Source: Octopus bimaculoides (lineage: Eukaryota). Taken from it: a stretch of DNA of 64,000 nucleotides. The DNA is taken from contig NC_068989.1 in NCBI RefSeq assembly GCF_001194135.2, positions 22,467,050 to 22,531,049 of the forward strand. Direction: 5' to 3'. Below, piece after piece: positions 1-12,880 of the stretch (position 1 is its first letter; every line of letters starts with the position of its first letter). The notes under the pieces are model-generated. The model was not told where the DNA came from and did no database searches. It saw only the letters and a program-made list of their open reading frames with translations. Made by a program: the position numbers and the translations under genes.

Positions 1-126
1 ACTGAGGTCAACTTTACTTTCGTCCTTTCAGGAACAATGAAATAAATACCAGTAGAGCACTAGGGTTGGTGCAACTTGCCCCCTCAAATATATTTTGGTC
101 CTTATACCTATAGTAGAAAGGATTAT
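1..126 (+). mobile_element. 5'-truncated copy of the tRNA-derived SINE with the GAGGTCRACTTTGCCTTTCATCC core (Meta/MESC-like central domain)
   Basis: Matches the 3' half of the copies at 55009-55226 and 56005-56234. Domain name is from memory and needs a Dfam/Repbase check. Confidence 0.65.
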
Positions 127-141
127 ATTGTACTTCTAATC

Positions 142-344
142 CAGTGCTTCTTAACCAGGATCCATATGGCCTTTGAAGATCCATATAAGATTTTGTTGTT
201 AAAATTTGCATCCAATAAAATTGCTTATACTTCTACAATGCAAAAGAATATTTTAATTTCTTTATACCAAATGACTTTGGCAGTCCAGGAGAGTAAAATG
301 GGAATTAAAGAGGTCCATAGGCAAAAAATGGTTGAGAACCACTG
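142..344. mobile_element. hAT (Charlie-like) MITE
   Basis: Ends CAGTGCTTCTTAACC / GGTTGAGAACCACTG. 8-bp TSD ttctaatc (134-141) vs ttgtaatc (345-352), 7/8 identical. Same family, inverted, at 49695-49936. Confidence 0.88.
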
Positions 345-1356
345 TTGTAATCAATGCACTGAACTGTTTGCTTTAACTGAACAAAGGAAAATAAGCTGTC
401 CACTCCTACTTCATGGTTTCGTTGGTAGCAGTAGGATGTACAGGCTAAACACCAAACGAAAAGATAACATTGTCTATGATAACTGAATGTCTTAAGATAT
501 CCTAGTGATAATGTTGAGGGAGCAAGCTTCCTACCATACACACTGACTCAAGAGATAGTGATGTTGACATGATACTGTCCCTTCCTATCTAACCAGTTTC
601 TCATCAAAGATATGCTGCTAGTCTGTTTATTCTTATCCCATTATGCCTCAAGGGTATCATAAAATACAAATTATATAAACTCTTACCACAAACCTGTATA
701 CTTCACATAAATCATTTGCTCACAGACACACAAACACATGCGGATACGCATACACACACACAAAGCAAAATATTTAAACATATACAGACATTATATCCCC
801 TTCACATATATTTTGGCAATATCCCATGTACATGATTCCACATTCCTGCAGAAACCACATTCACACTGAAGGTGTGTCTTGTCTGGTACATTTCTTTCAT
901 ATTCACACTGCATGCCACCAAAACCTCATATAGCTCACACACACACACACACACACACACATTTTCAAAGGGGTAACAACTTGTAACCAGCATGTTGTTT
1001 CCATAAAGTTAAAAATCCTTTCAGTCAAAATGAGCAATCCCTTGCTCTTCTTAAAACTTACTACATAATGAGTTGATAGGTGAGCAAGTTATGGACAGCA
1101 AAATTCACACAAGTGTTCTTTGTAACAAAAAACAAAAAAAAAACCTATAATCCTATTCGTGGCTCAACTGGCAACAACTTTGAAGTCACAGTCAAAAATA
1201 TTCTTGTTTAAGAAAAAATCTGTACTCTACAAAAGTGTAGAGTAGCTCCTCAGATTAATGTGAAATTGTTTTTATTACAAATAAACATAGAAACAAATAT
1301 TAACAAATATGTAAAGATTTAAGGAAATGGTGATGTGTTTTACAATACTGTAAATG

Positions 1357-1697
1357 ATAATATTTTATAAGCTTAAAGCTTATAAGCAACCATTGTGAAT
1401 TGTAAAACATGATACTGCTAACCAAATCATTGCAGAAAAAGTACATGCTGTTTGTTTATAAAAACAACACTATGAAATTACAGTTCTTAAATCTGATGGA
1501 AAGAAACGTGGGGGTACGTTGGTGTAATGGTAGCACACTTGTCATGAAAACATAGAAGTGTGGGTTGAAGTCTCATGCATATGGAAAAACCTACTTTTTA
1601 TTTCCATTGAGAGCTTATATGCCCCAATATTAGACTATTATCTTTAGTTAATTCACAGTGATTGCTTATAAGCTTTACACTTATAAAATAATATTAT
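1357..1697. mobile_element. Fold-back element with a central tRNA-like cassette (family A)
   Basis: Outer inverted repeat 1357-1401 / 1650-1697 and inner inverted repeat around 1490-1512 / 1590-1612. Core 1513-1584 has A-box TGGTGTAATGG and B-box-like GGTTGAAGTCT. Confidence 0.65.
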
Positions 1698-1706
1698 TTA
1701 CAGAAT

Positions 1707-1751
<45 letters not shown>

Positions 1752-2101
1752 TACACATATATATATATATAAGTATGTATGTGCATGCATGTGTATAAGT
1801 AGGGTTCTAATTCAAGCTGTGAATTCTTGAAGCACATCTGCTTATTCCAGAACTCCAAAATTGCATGTAGATGTTATACTTGTGTGAAATGTGCATAAGA
1901 GTTGAAAAACACTGGAAAATAAATATGTAACTGGTTTTTTGCCTGAAGAATTTCTAATAGGAAATATACGTTTTACGTACATGTACAATTTTGTAATTCT
2001 TAATAGCAAATGAAGCACTTGTAATGGTGAACAAATAGTACCAAAAATTTTTTCAATAATCTGTTTTGGTATATGTATGTATGCATGTATGTATGTGTAT
2101 A

Positions 2102-2103
<2 letters not shown>

Positions 2104-2197
<94 letters not shown>
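2104..2197. repeat. Compound (CT)n(TA)n microsatellite, representative of dozens of (TA)n, (CA/TG)n, (CT)n and (CAT)n tracts across the window
   Basis: Seen directly. Other long tracts at about 7075-7170, 13280-13388, 24575-24702, 30848-30958 and 44410-44499. Confidence 0.98.
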
Positions 2198-2198
<1 letters not shown>

Positions 2199-3005
2199 GT
2201 GGTTTGATCAATAAGTATCCGAAGCTAAAGCACAGAGATTGATCTTGAACTCTGCTGTGCATGCGCACTAAGTTTTAACATTCTAGCTCACTTCCGCTGT
2301 TTACAGCAGTGCTTGGAAGGAAGGTGTGTAGCATATTATCATCGCATTGACCATGTCAGAGAAAGTTGAGCAGGAAAACTGCATCGAATTTTGACAAAAG
2401 CTTGGCAATACCTGTTCAGAAGCCTATGCAAAGTTTTCAAAAAGTTTTCATTGGAAATCTTGTACAACTGAAACACGAGTGTCATTTTAGTCAGCTGAAA
2501 GCAGTTTTGGCACAAACTGAGCAGACACGTGTCTCATACCCGAATCTTCAATGATAATGGACTGAACTGAACGGTAGCTAATCTCCACATCCTCTGATAA
2601 CTGACGGATGGTGATTTTATGATTTCCCCTCACAGCTGCACACATATCTGCGATGTTTTCCTCAGTTCTGCTGGTTGCGGACCTCGCAGAACGTTTATCA
2701 ATATCAACATTTTTTTGGCCGTATGAACCACTTGTACACTCCTCTCCATATATTTTCTGCAACTTTGTGTAGGTCTCAGAGTAGGTATCGCCATGACAAC
2801 GTTCTCTGTCATGGTCAATGCAATGATCACGTGCTACACACCTTCCTTCCAAGTACTGCTGTAAACAGCAGAATTGAGCTAGAATGTTAAAACTTAGTGC
2901 ACATGTACAGCTGAGTTCAAGGTCAATCTGTGCCAACAGGCTTCACTTTGTATGCTTTAACTTCATTACTATGGCAACAGTCCATATACTTATTGATCAG
3001 ACCTT
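2198..3005. mobile_element. Non-autonomous mariner derivative made of two 5' ends facing each other
   Basis: TIRs CGTGGTTTGATCAATAAGTATCCG and rc AAAGGTCTGATCAATAAGTATATG, both flanked by TA. Minus ORF 2487-2936 encodes the mariner HTH/linker (TYSETYTKLQKIYG, ITIRQLSEDVEIS, MRHVSAQFVPKLL). The plus arm encodes MSEKVEQENCIEF*QKLGNTCSEAY. Confidence 0.9.
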
Positions 3006-3158
3006 TATATATATATATATATATAATTTGTGCATGTGAGTGTGTAGGTCATTTCAATAATGACCCACACATCACTAAAGCTTACAACCAGTCTATAACA
3101 GATTTTGCAAAATCTTGTAACAACACTTCCATATGGTGAAAACTACACGGACTTAAAC

Positions 3159-3575
3159 CAATGCTTCTCAAAGTGGGCAGCACTATACTTGGGAGGGATG
3201 GATTTAATATGGTTACTAGAAATAATGGTGCAGGAGGGAAAGAGAAGGCATCTCTAAACTGGTCAAATTTTGAGAATTATTTTCAATTTCTTTCTGTGTT
3301 TGAATCATCTGGTTAATAGCAGTGGTCAAAATGTTATTTTGACATTCCATACTATACTGATGCAGTTGACATATGTACAAGTAGTGTTTCAATGGCAATC
3401 AGCCAATCAGCAGCAATTTTATGTGGTATATTAAATTCTATTGGATCATAGCAAGTGGGTAAATGAAAAAGCGCCAGTAAAAGAAAAGGTGATAGCTAGT
3501 TTGAGAGGCATTCATTTAAACTTATTTAGGAACTTATAGGGTGCCATATAAGAAAGAAAGTAAAGATCAGGAACC
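3159..3575. mobile_element. Possible old hAT MITE
   Basis: Left end CAATGCTTCTCAAAGTGGG resembles a Charlie TIR. Right end is degraded and no TSD was found. Confidence 0.3.
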
Positions 3576-4090
3576 AAAGAAACTAGCAATTGATTGAAGT
3601 CGGTTCTTTTGCCAGTCGAATTGACCTTTTAGGCTGAAACTGCTAAAAAGATGAGCCAAGGAGGAAGCCTTTATGTTATCGCTTGACTTGAGAGAAATAG
3701 GAGCCAGATCTCCTCCACCCTCCCATCTTAAAAGCAAAAAGAACTCATAAAATACATAATTCCTGGGGATATTATAACAAAAGATGAAACAAGACAGAAA
3801 TGTCTTGCTGGAATACTTTTGAGCATTAGTTTACTGGATCAAGGCTGAACAACCAACAACAGCTGTTAAAAGGTACAAATCTTGTGTATAAGTTTCTACA
3901 ACCTCTGGCTGTCACAAAGTACTATTGTCAATTGATATTCCTAAGAACAAAGTCCTTGACATCAAAGTCACAAATTTGAAACATGTCCAATTGTCAAATT
4001 ATTTAACAATAAACCAATTTGAATTAAAATACCCAAGAGCAAAAAAGAAAAAAGATTTTTTAATGAGATTTCTAAATATAATTTACAAGT

Positions 4091-4249
4091 GTAGGAGTGG
4101 CTGTGTGGTAAGTAGCTTGCTTACGATCCACATGGTCCCAGGTTCAGTCTCACTGCGTGGCACCTTGGGTAAGTGTCTTCTACTATAGCCTCGGGCCAAC
4201 CAAAGCCTTGTGAGTGGATCTGATAGATGGAAACTGAAAGAAGCCTGTC

Positions 4250-4295
<46 letters not shown>

Positions 4296-4484
4296 CCCCC
4301 CCCCAACATCGCTTGACAACCAATGCTGGTGTGTTTACGTCCCTGTAACTTAGCAGTTCAGCAAAAGGGACCAATAGAATAAGTACTAGGCTTACGAAGA
4401 ATAAGTCCTGGGGTTGATCTGCTCGACTAAAAGGCGGTGCTCCAGCATGGCCGCAGTCAAATGACTGAAACAAGTAAAAGAGTA
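4091..4484 (+). mobile_element. Octopus OR-type tRNA-derived CORE-like SINE, full length, with internal (TG)n linker
   Basis: A-box TGGCTGTGTGG, B-box GGTTCAGTCTC, CORE-like GCACCTTGGGTAAGTGTCTT, 3' tail CAAGTAAAAGAGTA. Multiple near-identical copies in the window. Confidence 0.9.
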
Positions 4485-5065
4485 AGCAAAAATAAAATAA
4501 CTACTTATTTGTGAACAATGTATTTATGAGTTTCTCCACACTCATTATAGATCTTTAATACTGGCACAAAGCCATACATTTTGTGAGGAGAACAGATCAT
4601 TATACTGTCTCCAGTACCTGATCACACAGTACAAAGCAACATAGTCTATAAATGTGTAGAGGAGATGCAAAATAGTAGCAGTTATTATGTAACAGCTACA
4701 ATGAACTCCACATCTCTATGCATGGGCATTCTTTCTTCAACTCAAGATTTCACTAGTGGGGTATACCTATAATCTAGCTGGTAGTAAATTTGACTATAGT
4801 TTGAAATGGTCAGTGGTAAAGTGTGTTTGGCCCTAAAGGGAAGGGCAATGTGTCCCTGCAAGCTGTGCACAAAAGAGTGGTTGAACATTTTTTCAACGAT
4901 AAGCATTTACTTAATAAACAAAATGTGTTAGGAATTTTTTTTACACACACTGGAAATGTCAGACATTCCACCATTATGGGGTTGGAAATACTCTAGTCTT
5001 GTGCTTCTATTCAGCTTGACAAAGTACAACTGGCCACTATATTCTCCTATAATTACTCATAACCT

Positions 5066-5450
5066 TCATCATCATTTAACGTCTGTTTTCCATGCTGGCA
5101 TGGGTTGGATGCTTTGACAGGAGCTGGTCAGTTGAAGAGCTGCCTGGACTCCATTTATCTGTTTGGCATCAAGCCATATAAGGCTTGATGCCCTTCTCAA
5201 GGCCTACTACTTCACAGATTGAGTGGGGTGCTTTTACATGGTACCAGCATAGATGCTTTTATGTGGCACCAGCATGTGTATTTTTTTACATGACATTCAC
5301 ATGGGAACTTTTATATGGCACTGACACAGGCACTTTTATGTGGCACCAACACGGGTGCTTTTTACAAGGCACTGGCACTTTTACATGGCATCAACACAAG
5401 CACTTTTACATAGCATCAACATGGGTGCTTTCACATGGCACCAGCACCCA
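5066..5450 (-). mobile_element. High-copy retroposon 3' end (CCAACCCATGCCAGCATGGAAA...(ATG)n tail), probably an RTE-LINE 3' UTR or an RTE-mobilised SINE
   Basis: Same motif at about 9823-10135(-), 14032-14400(-), 19780-19900(+), 20250-20400(+), 25080-25210(+), 35160-35330(-), 35375-35555(+), 35683-35890(-), 37195-37445(+), 38330-38735(+), 44540-44680(+), 53100-53530(+), 56990-57290(-) and 58780-59000(-). RTE link is inference. Confidence 0.8.
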
Positions 5451-6332
5451 ACCAGATGATAAAACAATATCCTATATCTGAATACCATCTACCCTACCCA
5501 TACTTGTATCAAACACTTCTTAGTGGAATACCGGATAACACCACTAACATTATTGAACACAAAGACACCTCACAATGGATTATTTAATGCACCAACCAGC
5601 TTGGATACCAACTATCCAAAGGTGTGCAACACATGGAGCAATGCTAGTGGACATGTGCAACACTACACCTATGTGAACACATTGTTGTAGCTGTATGACA
5701 ATGGCTTGAGTACATCTGAAAACATGTAGTGTTTTATAGATGTATGTAATGTGCATGGGTGATTTATTATTATACATGTGGCTGTAGGACTACATGCACA
5801 TTGTAGTCCTACAGCTATGGACCTGTGTTCATGTTTTTGGTAGTAACAGGAGTTTGTTGGTCACTACATGACATGATGGCCTGTATATGTATACAGATGT
5901 ATGATTGTGTACACACATGTACATTTACACATGTGTGTACACAATCATATGTACATTTACACATATGTTCTGCTAGGCATGTGGGTATACATGTATACGC
6001 ACACTCACATGCCTAGTGTGTGTGTCTGTGATGTTTGTGTACATCAATGAATATATGTACATGTGTTAGTTGGGGGGAAACAGACAACCTACTATTGTCT
6101 TGTCTTTGTTTTAAAACTGTTTACAAACATGCCAACTGAGACCAATAGCTGCCAAAAAGGAAATACTTCAACCCTGATACCATACGACTGTCAAATGTAA
6201 CTATTATCTCAGTTCTACATTTTGATAGATGCTACCAACTCTTATTGATACTATCTTTGTTGTTGCTTTTGTTCTCATTCTCAAAACTACATTGCCATGG
6301 GGCTATTTTATACACTTCTCTCTTTTTTACTC

Positions 6333-6363
<31 letters not shown>

Positions 6364-6497
6364 GGTTGGAAATACTCTAGTTTTGTGTGGGTGTTTTTTC
6401 AAAACACTGTCTGGTTTAAAAAGCCACATCAGACGCCATGAAAGGGCTAAGGTGTAGGTGCAGGAGGTGGTCAAACTCTGTTTAAGGAGTAGACAAC

Positions 6498-6547
<50 letters not shown>

Positions 6548-7075
6548 CCTGATGGGGGTATGTGTAAGCATGTGTGAATCTACCAGAATGTGTGTGAGGA
6601 GGGCATTGTCATAAAAGCCTTTTTATCTCCACCCCATTATTTCCCTCTCACAAAATCCTACTATTTCATTCTCCATCACCTTCTACTTTGCTATACCAAC
6701 TAACTGGCACATAACTTGCATAATGGGGCATATTCGGGTGTGCACATATCTTCACATTGTACTTTTTGCTGATAATGCCAAAGAAATGAGTCAACTCTAA
6801 TAAATAACAAAGTCAATTGGCTTACGTAATAACAACAATCAGATCTTGGAATCATGTGCATATCATATAAAGCTTAAAAATACCAATTGCATTTTTTGTG
6901 TTTATTATTATTATCATTATGACGTGGCTCAGATTCTGTACACTAGCCTCTTTGGTGATATAATGGTTAGCATCAAACCATATTAAGTACAAGAGTGTAG
7001 TATGGAACTATCTTCTGAACCCAAGCTTTTGGTAATCTAACACACTTTTTAAACTACATATACTCACTCACTCTT

Positions 7076-7158
<83 letters not shown>

Positions 7159-8246
7159 TGTGTGTGTGTTTGTTTTTCATCAAGATGTATTGAACTGGCA
7201 AAGGATGTAAAGCTCAAAGAAAATATGGTGCCCTTTGAATGAAGACCTGGGCAAGAATGACTTTCTTTGAACCAAATTACAGACACTCAGTTGACACTCT
7301 CACCATCAGAAATGCAGTGAACCAGTGATTAGCTCATTAAAAAACCTGCAACTAAATAATGCTATTGTTGTTCACAAACTGTGATATGAAATTATATAAA
7401 ATTAGTGGATGGTTACATTTCTACCCAATACTTTGTTTTTGTATTTGCGTATGGTCTGTGTTTCACAGTAGGCACATATTCAAGCAAAGCCATTATATTG
7501 AAAACTCATACCCTATACCTATAAACTGTCACCAGAACTGCTAGAAATAGCACCCAAATTTCCTCAAATTACATCCTACTTAAAAATGGAAAATATACAA
7601 AACTATGGAATGGTTATTGCTGATATGCTTTTGTTCTGTTCAGTTAGGGTTGGCTGATTTAGGGTAAGGAAAAAAAAAAACCTAAAGAAACAAACTCTTA
7701 CATTCATTCAAACACAGACACCATACGGCTTTTTATACATGCATTTAATGACACCACTACTCCAAGATATACATCATAACAAACGCCATTATATACAGGG
7801 TTAATTTTAAAATTTTCTTCTATGAAATAAGCAGATGTTTTTGTCACTGTCAGACCAAATTTATATAACCCTCTTCCCAATGCTCACTGTTCACCCTAAA
7901 GCAAATTCAAGAGGAATCTTGTGAAGCTAGTTTCTGTTCATCTTCTGCCAAATGTTACATTCTTCATTTATCATGTCTTTACCCATGAAATAAATATTTA
8001 AGATGCTTTGCCAAAGAAAAAACTGCAGGAGCTCCTTAAAAATGTTGCAAGCTTTTTGCATTGTTTGGAACCCTTCTATATCACCAGCAGATATCTCAGA
8101 GTAACAAGCAATTTTTATCCTTAGCCTTGCTTATTTTCAGTGATTTTATTTTAGTCAATTATAAGATAACTTGTATTTAACTGTTTTCCTACAGTTACTT
8201 GTACATGGACAAGTGACCATAGAGCCAACAGTTCAAACATAAGCAC

Positions 8247-8829
8247 AGGGATCTCTCCAGTTTGGCTCACAGATTTTTTAATTATCTTTTTTTAACTAAA
8301 CAGTTTGAAACTTCGTATACTGGTGTAATTTTTCACACTGAACACAGTTTACATCTAACATTTTTGACAAAATTCCATATTTTAGAAGTTATTTCATGTT
8401 AAAGTTGTTGTATTTGAGTAATTTTAACCAATCAACAATGTGTATTCAGCAGAAGAAACCTACTGCTGTTTGCAATAGTAATCGAAGAGCAATAACTTCT
8501 AGGTCATCTCTACTAAATGTAACACCAAATAATCCACACGTGGTTGAAAAATACATTTAGTAGAGATGAACTGAAAGTTGGTGCTCTTCAATTACTATTG
8601 CAAAAAGCAGCAGGTTTCTTCAGTTGAATACACATCGTTGATTGGTTAAAATTACCCAAACACAATAACTTTAATAAGAAATAACTTCTAAAATACGAAA
8701 TTTTGTCAAAAATATTGAAAGTACACCATGTTCAGTGTGAGAAATTACACCAGTATACGAAGTTTCAAACTGTTTAGTTAAAAAAAAATAATAATTTAAA
8801 AACCTGCGAGCCAAACTGAATAGATCCTA
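8247..8829. mobile_element. About 580-bp fold-back (palindromic) MITE
   Basis: Left arm AGGGATCTCTCCAGTTTGGCTC... is reverse-complementary to right arm ...GAGCCAAACTGAATAGATCCT along almost its whole length. Centre near 8525-8545. Confidence 0.9.
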
Positions 8830-9000
8830 GCACAGTTATTGGCACCTAGACAGGGGTACATTAATTACGAAAATAAACAGCACTGTTGACAGAGAGACAG
8901 ACTCTATATCAATCATAGGTACATTACAGCCAGCAGGATATTCTGAATGGCACACCTAACAAAAATATCACCATGAGTTTCTTTTAGTACCACAGCCTAC

Positions 9001-9060
9001 TTGATGATGAATCAAGTCTCTTGCAACCCATGATTCAAAATATGGTTGTCCATGACTGCT
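9001..9060 (-). CDS. Candidate 60-nt coding exon (SSHGQPYFESWVARDLIHHQ), gene unidentified
   Basis: AG acceptor, GTAGGC donor, phase 0-0, open frame. No homology recognised. Confidence 0.25.
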
Positions 9061-9233
9061 CTACATAGTTGTTAAAATTGCTAGAAATAGCAATGGAATT
9101 TTCTTAAAGTCATGCTCTATTGTCTTAAAAAGAGAAATACATTTTGAACTGTCAAATGTCAAACAATATGTTATAAAGATTGTAAATTTGCATGCTATTA
9201 ACCATTTCATCTTTTCAGTATTTATATCTGCAC

Positions 9234-9394
9234 ATAGGCACAGGCATGGTTTTGAGGCAACAAGTTTGTTTTCCAACCATATGGTTCCGGGTTCAGTACC
9301 ATTGTATGGCAGATTGGGCAAGTGTATTCCACTATAGTCTCAGGCCAACTAAAGCTTTGAGTGAATTTGATAGACAGAAACTGAAAGAAGACTG

Positions 9395-9464
<70 letters not shown>

Positions 9465-9660
9465 GTGTGTCTTTGTGCTTGACAACCAGTATAGGGTGTG
9501 TGTATGTCCCCATAACTTAGCAGTTCAGCAACAGATACTAACAGAATAAATACCAGGCTTTAAAAATAAGTATTGGGGTTGATTCATTTGACTAAAAGTC
9601 TTCAAGGTGGTGCCCCATCATGGCCATAGTCTAATGACTGAAACAAGTAAAAGACAAAAG
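9234..9660 (+). mobile_element. OR-type SINE, older diverged copy
   Basis: Collinear with 4091-4484, most CpGs decayed to TG/CA, (TG)n(TA)n linker. Confidence 0.88.
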
Positions 9661-10989
9661 ATTATTTGGAAGTATTTCTACGAAAATACTTTCATGAGTT
9701 TATTTCAAACCTATACAGCTAGAAGAAACGAGATTCAGATATGTGGAGGAAAACAAGATATTTTCGGTTCATTATTGTAAAATAATAATTTACATGTTAT
9801 TTGTACAAACTTTCATCATCATCATCATCGTTTAATGCCCATCTTCCATGTATGCATGAGTAGGATGGATGACAAGAGCTGGCCAGGTAGAAAAACTACT
9901 CTAGGCTACTGTATCTGTTTCAGCAGGGTTTCTAAAGTTAGATACCTTTCCTAACACCAACCACTCTGCAGAATAAACTCAGTACTTTTTATGTGGCACT
10001 AGCACAGGTGAGGTTAGTTTTGGCATGATTTTAACAGCTTAATGCCCTTCCAAATGCCAAACACTTTAAAGTGTGGACTAGATGCCTTTTACGTGGCACC
10101 AGCACTGGCAGGGTCACCAAATAACCTGCAAGACAAAGAATTATGAGAAGGGCAGGGGAATTTGAGGAGAGGATCTTGTGTCAGAGGATAAAAGGTTTGA
10201 ATGTGACAAAGAGACAGAGAGGTAGAAATAGATGTCTTTCTATGTAATATGTAATAAAATTTGGTAGGACATCATAAATAGGTGTTCATGCATAAAATAT
10301 ACAAATATCAATTTCTATTAATAGTTAATATTCACTTATTTCTTAGCCAGATTACATCAGTACAACCTACCATTCACAGTGATAATAATAGCCTGCTGTG
10401 TGTACATATTTTCAGTAAACCATTGAAATCAAAGAGCAAATGTGGCCTGCTATGATAATAATCACACCTTATCCCACTTAACATAACAACATCACATAAA
10501 TGGAATTTAATATCCAAAAGATAAGTCAATATTCGTTGGTTTAGTTGACTCTAAACGTATTCTTGAGCCTTAAAGCATATTACAGCAGCATGCTAGGAAA
10601 TGTTCTAAATACATTCAATAATACAAAAAATATGAAACAAAAGGGTTTCGTTCTCATTTCCTGGTTCTAATATTAATTCACTGGTAAAAAAAAAAAAAGA
10701 CAGAAAAAATAATTTTTTTCTCATTTTTCAAGAAACAACAATTCTGGAAAGCATATGAAAAGGGAGACCAAGGAAAAAGACCAAGCAAGCTGTATAGCAA
10801 CACTTCCATTAAAGTGTTGTATGGCAATATACTTTTATAGAAGGAAAACTATTTCTGTCAATCAAGTCAAAATACTATTGATAGAACATGTTGTTGAAAG
10901 AAATATGGTTGTTGTTATTGTCTTTAATGATGATGATGATGATGATGTTGGGGCTGTTAGAGTCTTAAGATCAGCTGGAGAGAACAGTA

Positions 10990-11202
10990 AAATCAATAGT
11001 GCTCTACTCATTACTACATTAACTGGTTCCACTTGAGTTTGGGCTTAGCTGAAAAGAACACTTCTAGATCAGAAATTACTACAGACTCACACATTCAATG
11101 CAAATATTATATATCCACACCCACACACACACACCCATAGGTTTTGAATGTCAGTTTATATATTTGTATTTCAGTTCACTTATAAATGTGTGTGAGTTTA
11201 TG

Positions 11203-11244
<42 letters not shown>

Positions 11245-11270
11245 GATAGATATAATCACAAAAGTAAAGA
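10990..11270 (+). repeat. Local direct duplication, copy 1 (copy 2 at about 13065-13690)
   Basis: Shares a 31-bp identical block CATTACTACATTAACTGGTTCCACTTGAGTT and collinear flanks through to ...ATCACAAAAGTAAA. Confidence 0.85.
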
Positions 11271-11524
11271 ATCATTAAGGACAGCTAAACGTATGCAGAA
11301 ATATGTTGAAAACACATAGGTATATATGAATAGATATAGGCAAGCATACATACACACACATTTATATATTGAGAGAAATAGACAGATAGATACATACACA
11401 CATTCATATATCATCATCATCATAAATATATAATAAATATATATTTTTAAAAATATACTTTCCATCACAAAATGTATTAATATTCCACCCTACCTCTGTT
11501 ACTATTTTGATGGCCAGCTTCCAA

Positions 11525-11566
<42 letters not shown>

Positions 11567-12339
11567 ACACACACTAAAAAGCCCACTTTTGAACATACCA
11601 TGCTCCGAAACACATCACACACTGGAAAATATATAAGAAAAATATAACAGACAGCAAGAAGTAAACTACAATGAACCCATAATGTATGCCAGGAAAAAAA
11701 TATATTAAAAAAATTAAAAATATAAAAATTACAACTCTCTCTCACCACCACAAAAAAAGAACTAAAAATAGAAAAAAAACTCTGGTGAAACAATACAATC
11801 TTGCTGCCATTAAGGTGTTTAACCAATATTCAAATGGAGGAAATATATTCAGAACTTGAAAACATTCCATTTTCCTCATCACAACTTCTACTTAAATAAC
11901 GTTAAACAATCTCGGATTTAATACCACGATGCTGATAAAAATATAAAGATATTTTCAAACAATATTAAAGATGAAAAAAAAAAACCAAAAAAAAAAAAAC
12001 AGAAATATTTTAAATAAAGATAATCAAGAAAAAAATCACAAATCCAAAAATATTTAAAATGTCCTGAAGTAGAAAAACTAAAAAAAAAACAAAGTAGCAA
12101 TAATAATCTTTAATACTTAAAAAAAAAACAAAAAGAGCAGAAACAAGTAAAATTTATAGAAAATGGATTTTCCTAAAGTTTATCTCAAGAATGTAAATTT
12201 TGCAATGAGGTAAACATAAAGATAGAGATGTATTTAAAGATTTTCTGAAACTAACCAGCTTGAAATAATAAATTGGTTGTTTTGCTGTTATTGAATTTTA
12301 TTTTGTCTTCATTTTGGCTTTATTTTTAATGAGCATTAG

Positions 12340-12880
12340 GATATTTTTTGCAGAGATGCAGAGACAGAAGGGCAGAACATGAAATTAATTCTGGTGTAAA
12401 TTAAGCTATCCACATAGTGATAACTTAATTTATGACTGCTTAATGTAACAACTGAATATTGTACGCTATTGACTAGGAAAAGAAACCAGGCACGTCTTCT
12501 CTGAAGAGTAGTCAACAAGCCATGAAATGGTCCAGCAGAAGACTTATTTTTATTCATTTTTCTGCACATAAAAGGCATACACAGAATGTACTTATTTTCT
12601 AACTTTTCCCACAGCTAGGCTTTATGTTTAAGTTTATTTAAGGCATGATTCATGCTGCTTTGTGCATAAACAATATAATAACAAAGTGTCAAAACTGCAA
12701 ATATGTAAATTAAGCTATCAACTACAGTGATAGCCTAATTTATGATTGCTTGAATATTCTACACTGTCAACTGGCAAAAGAAACCTGGTATGGCATTCTC
12801 TCCCCACAATTCTATTTTTCTGTTTATTTTTTTTGGCACATCAAAAGCATACAAGTAATATGCTTATATTCTTATTTCTT
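12340..12880. mobile_element. Two adjacent degenerate copies of a MITE family
   Basis: Repeated core GTAAATTAAGCTATC...GAAACC(A/T)GG and end CATC/TAAAAG(G)CATA. A third copy at 50996-51284 has clear inverted ends. Confidence 0.6.

Noticed and set aside
76-486. 136-aa ORF
   Set aside because: Runs across a SINE tail and a hAT MITE, with no protein motif.
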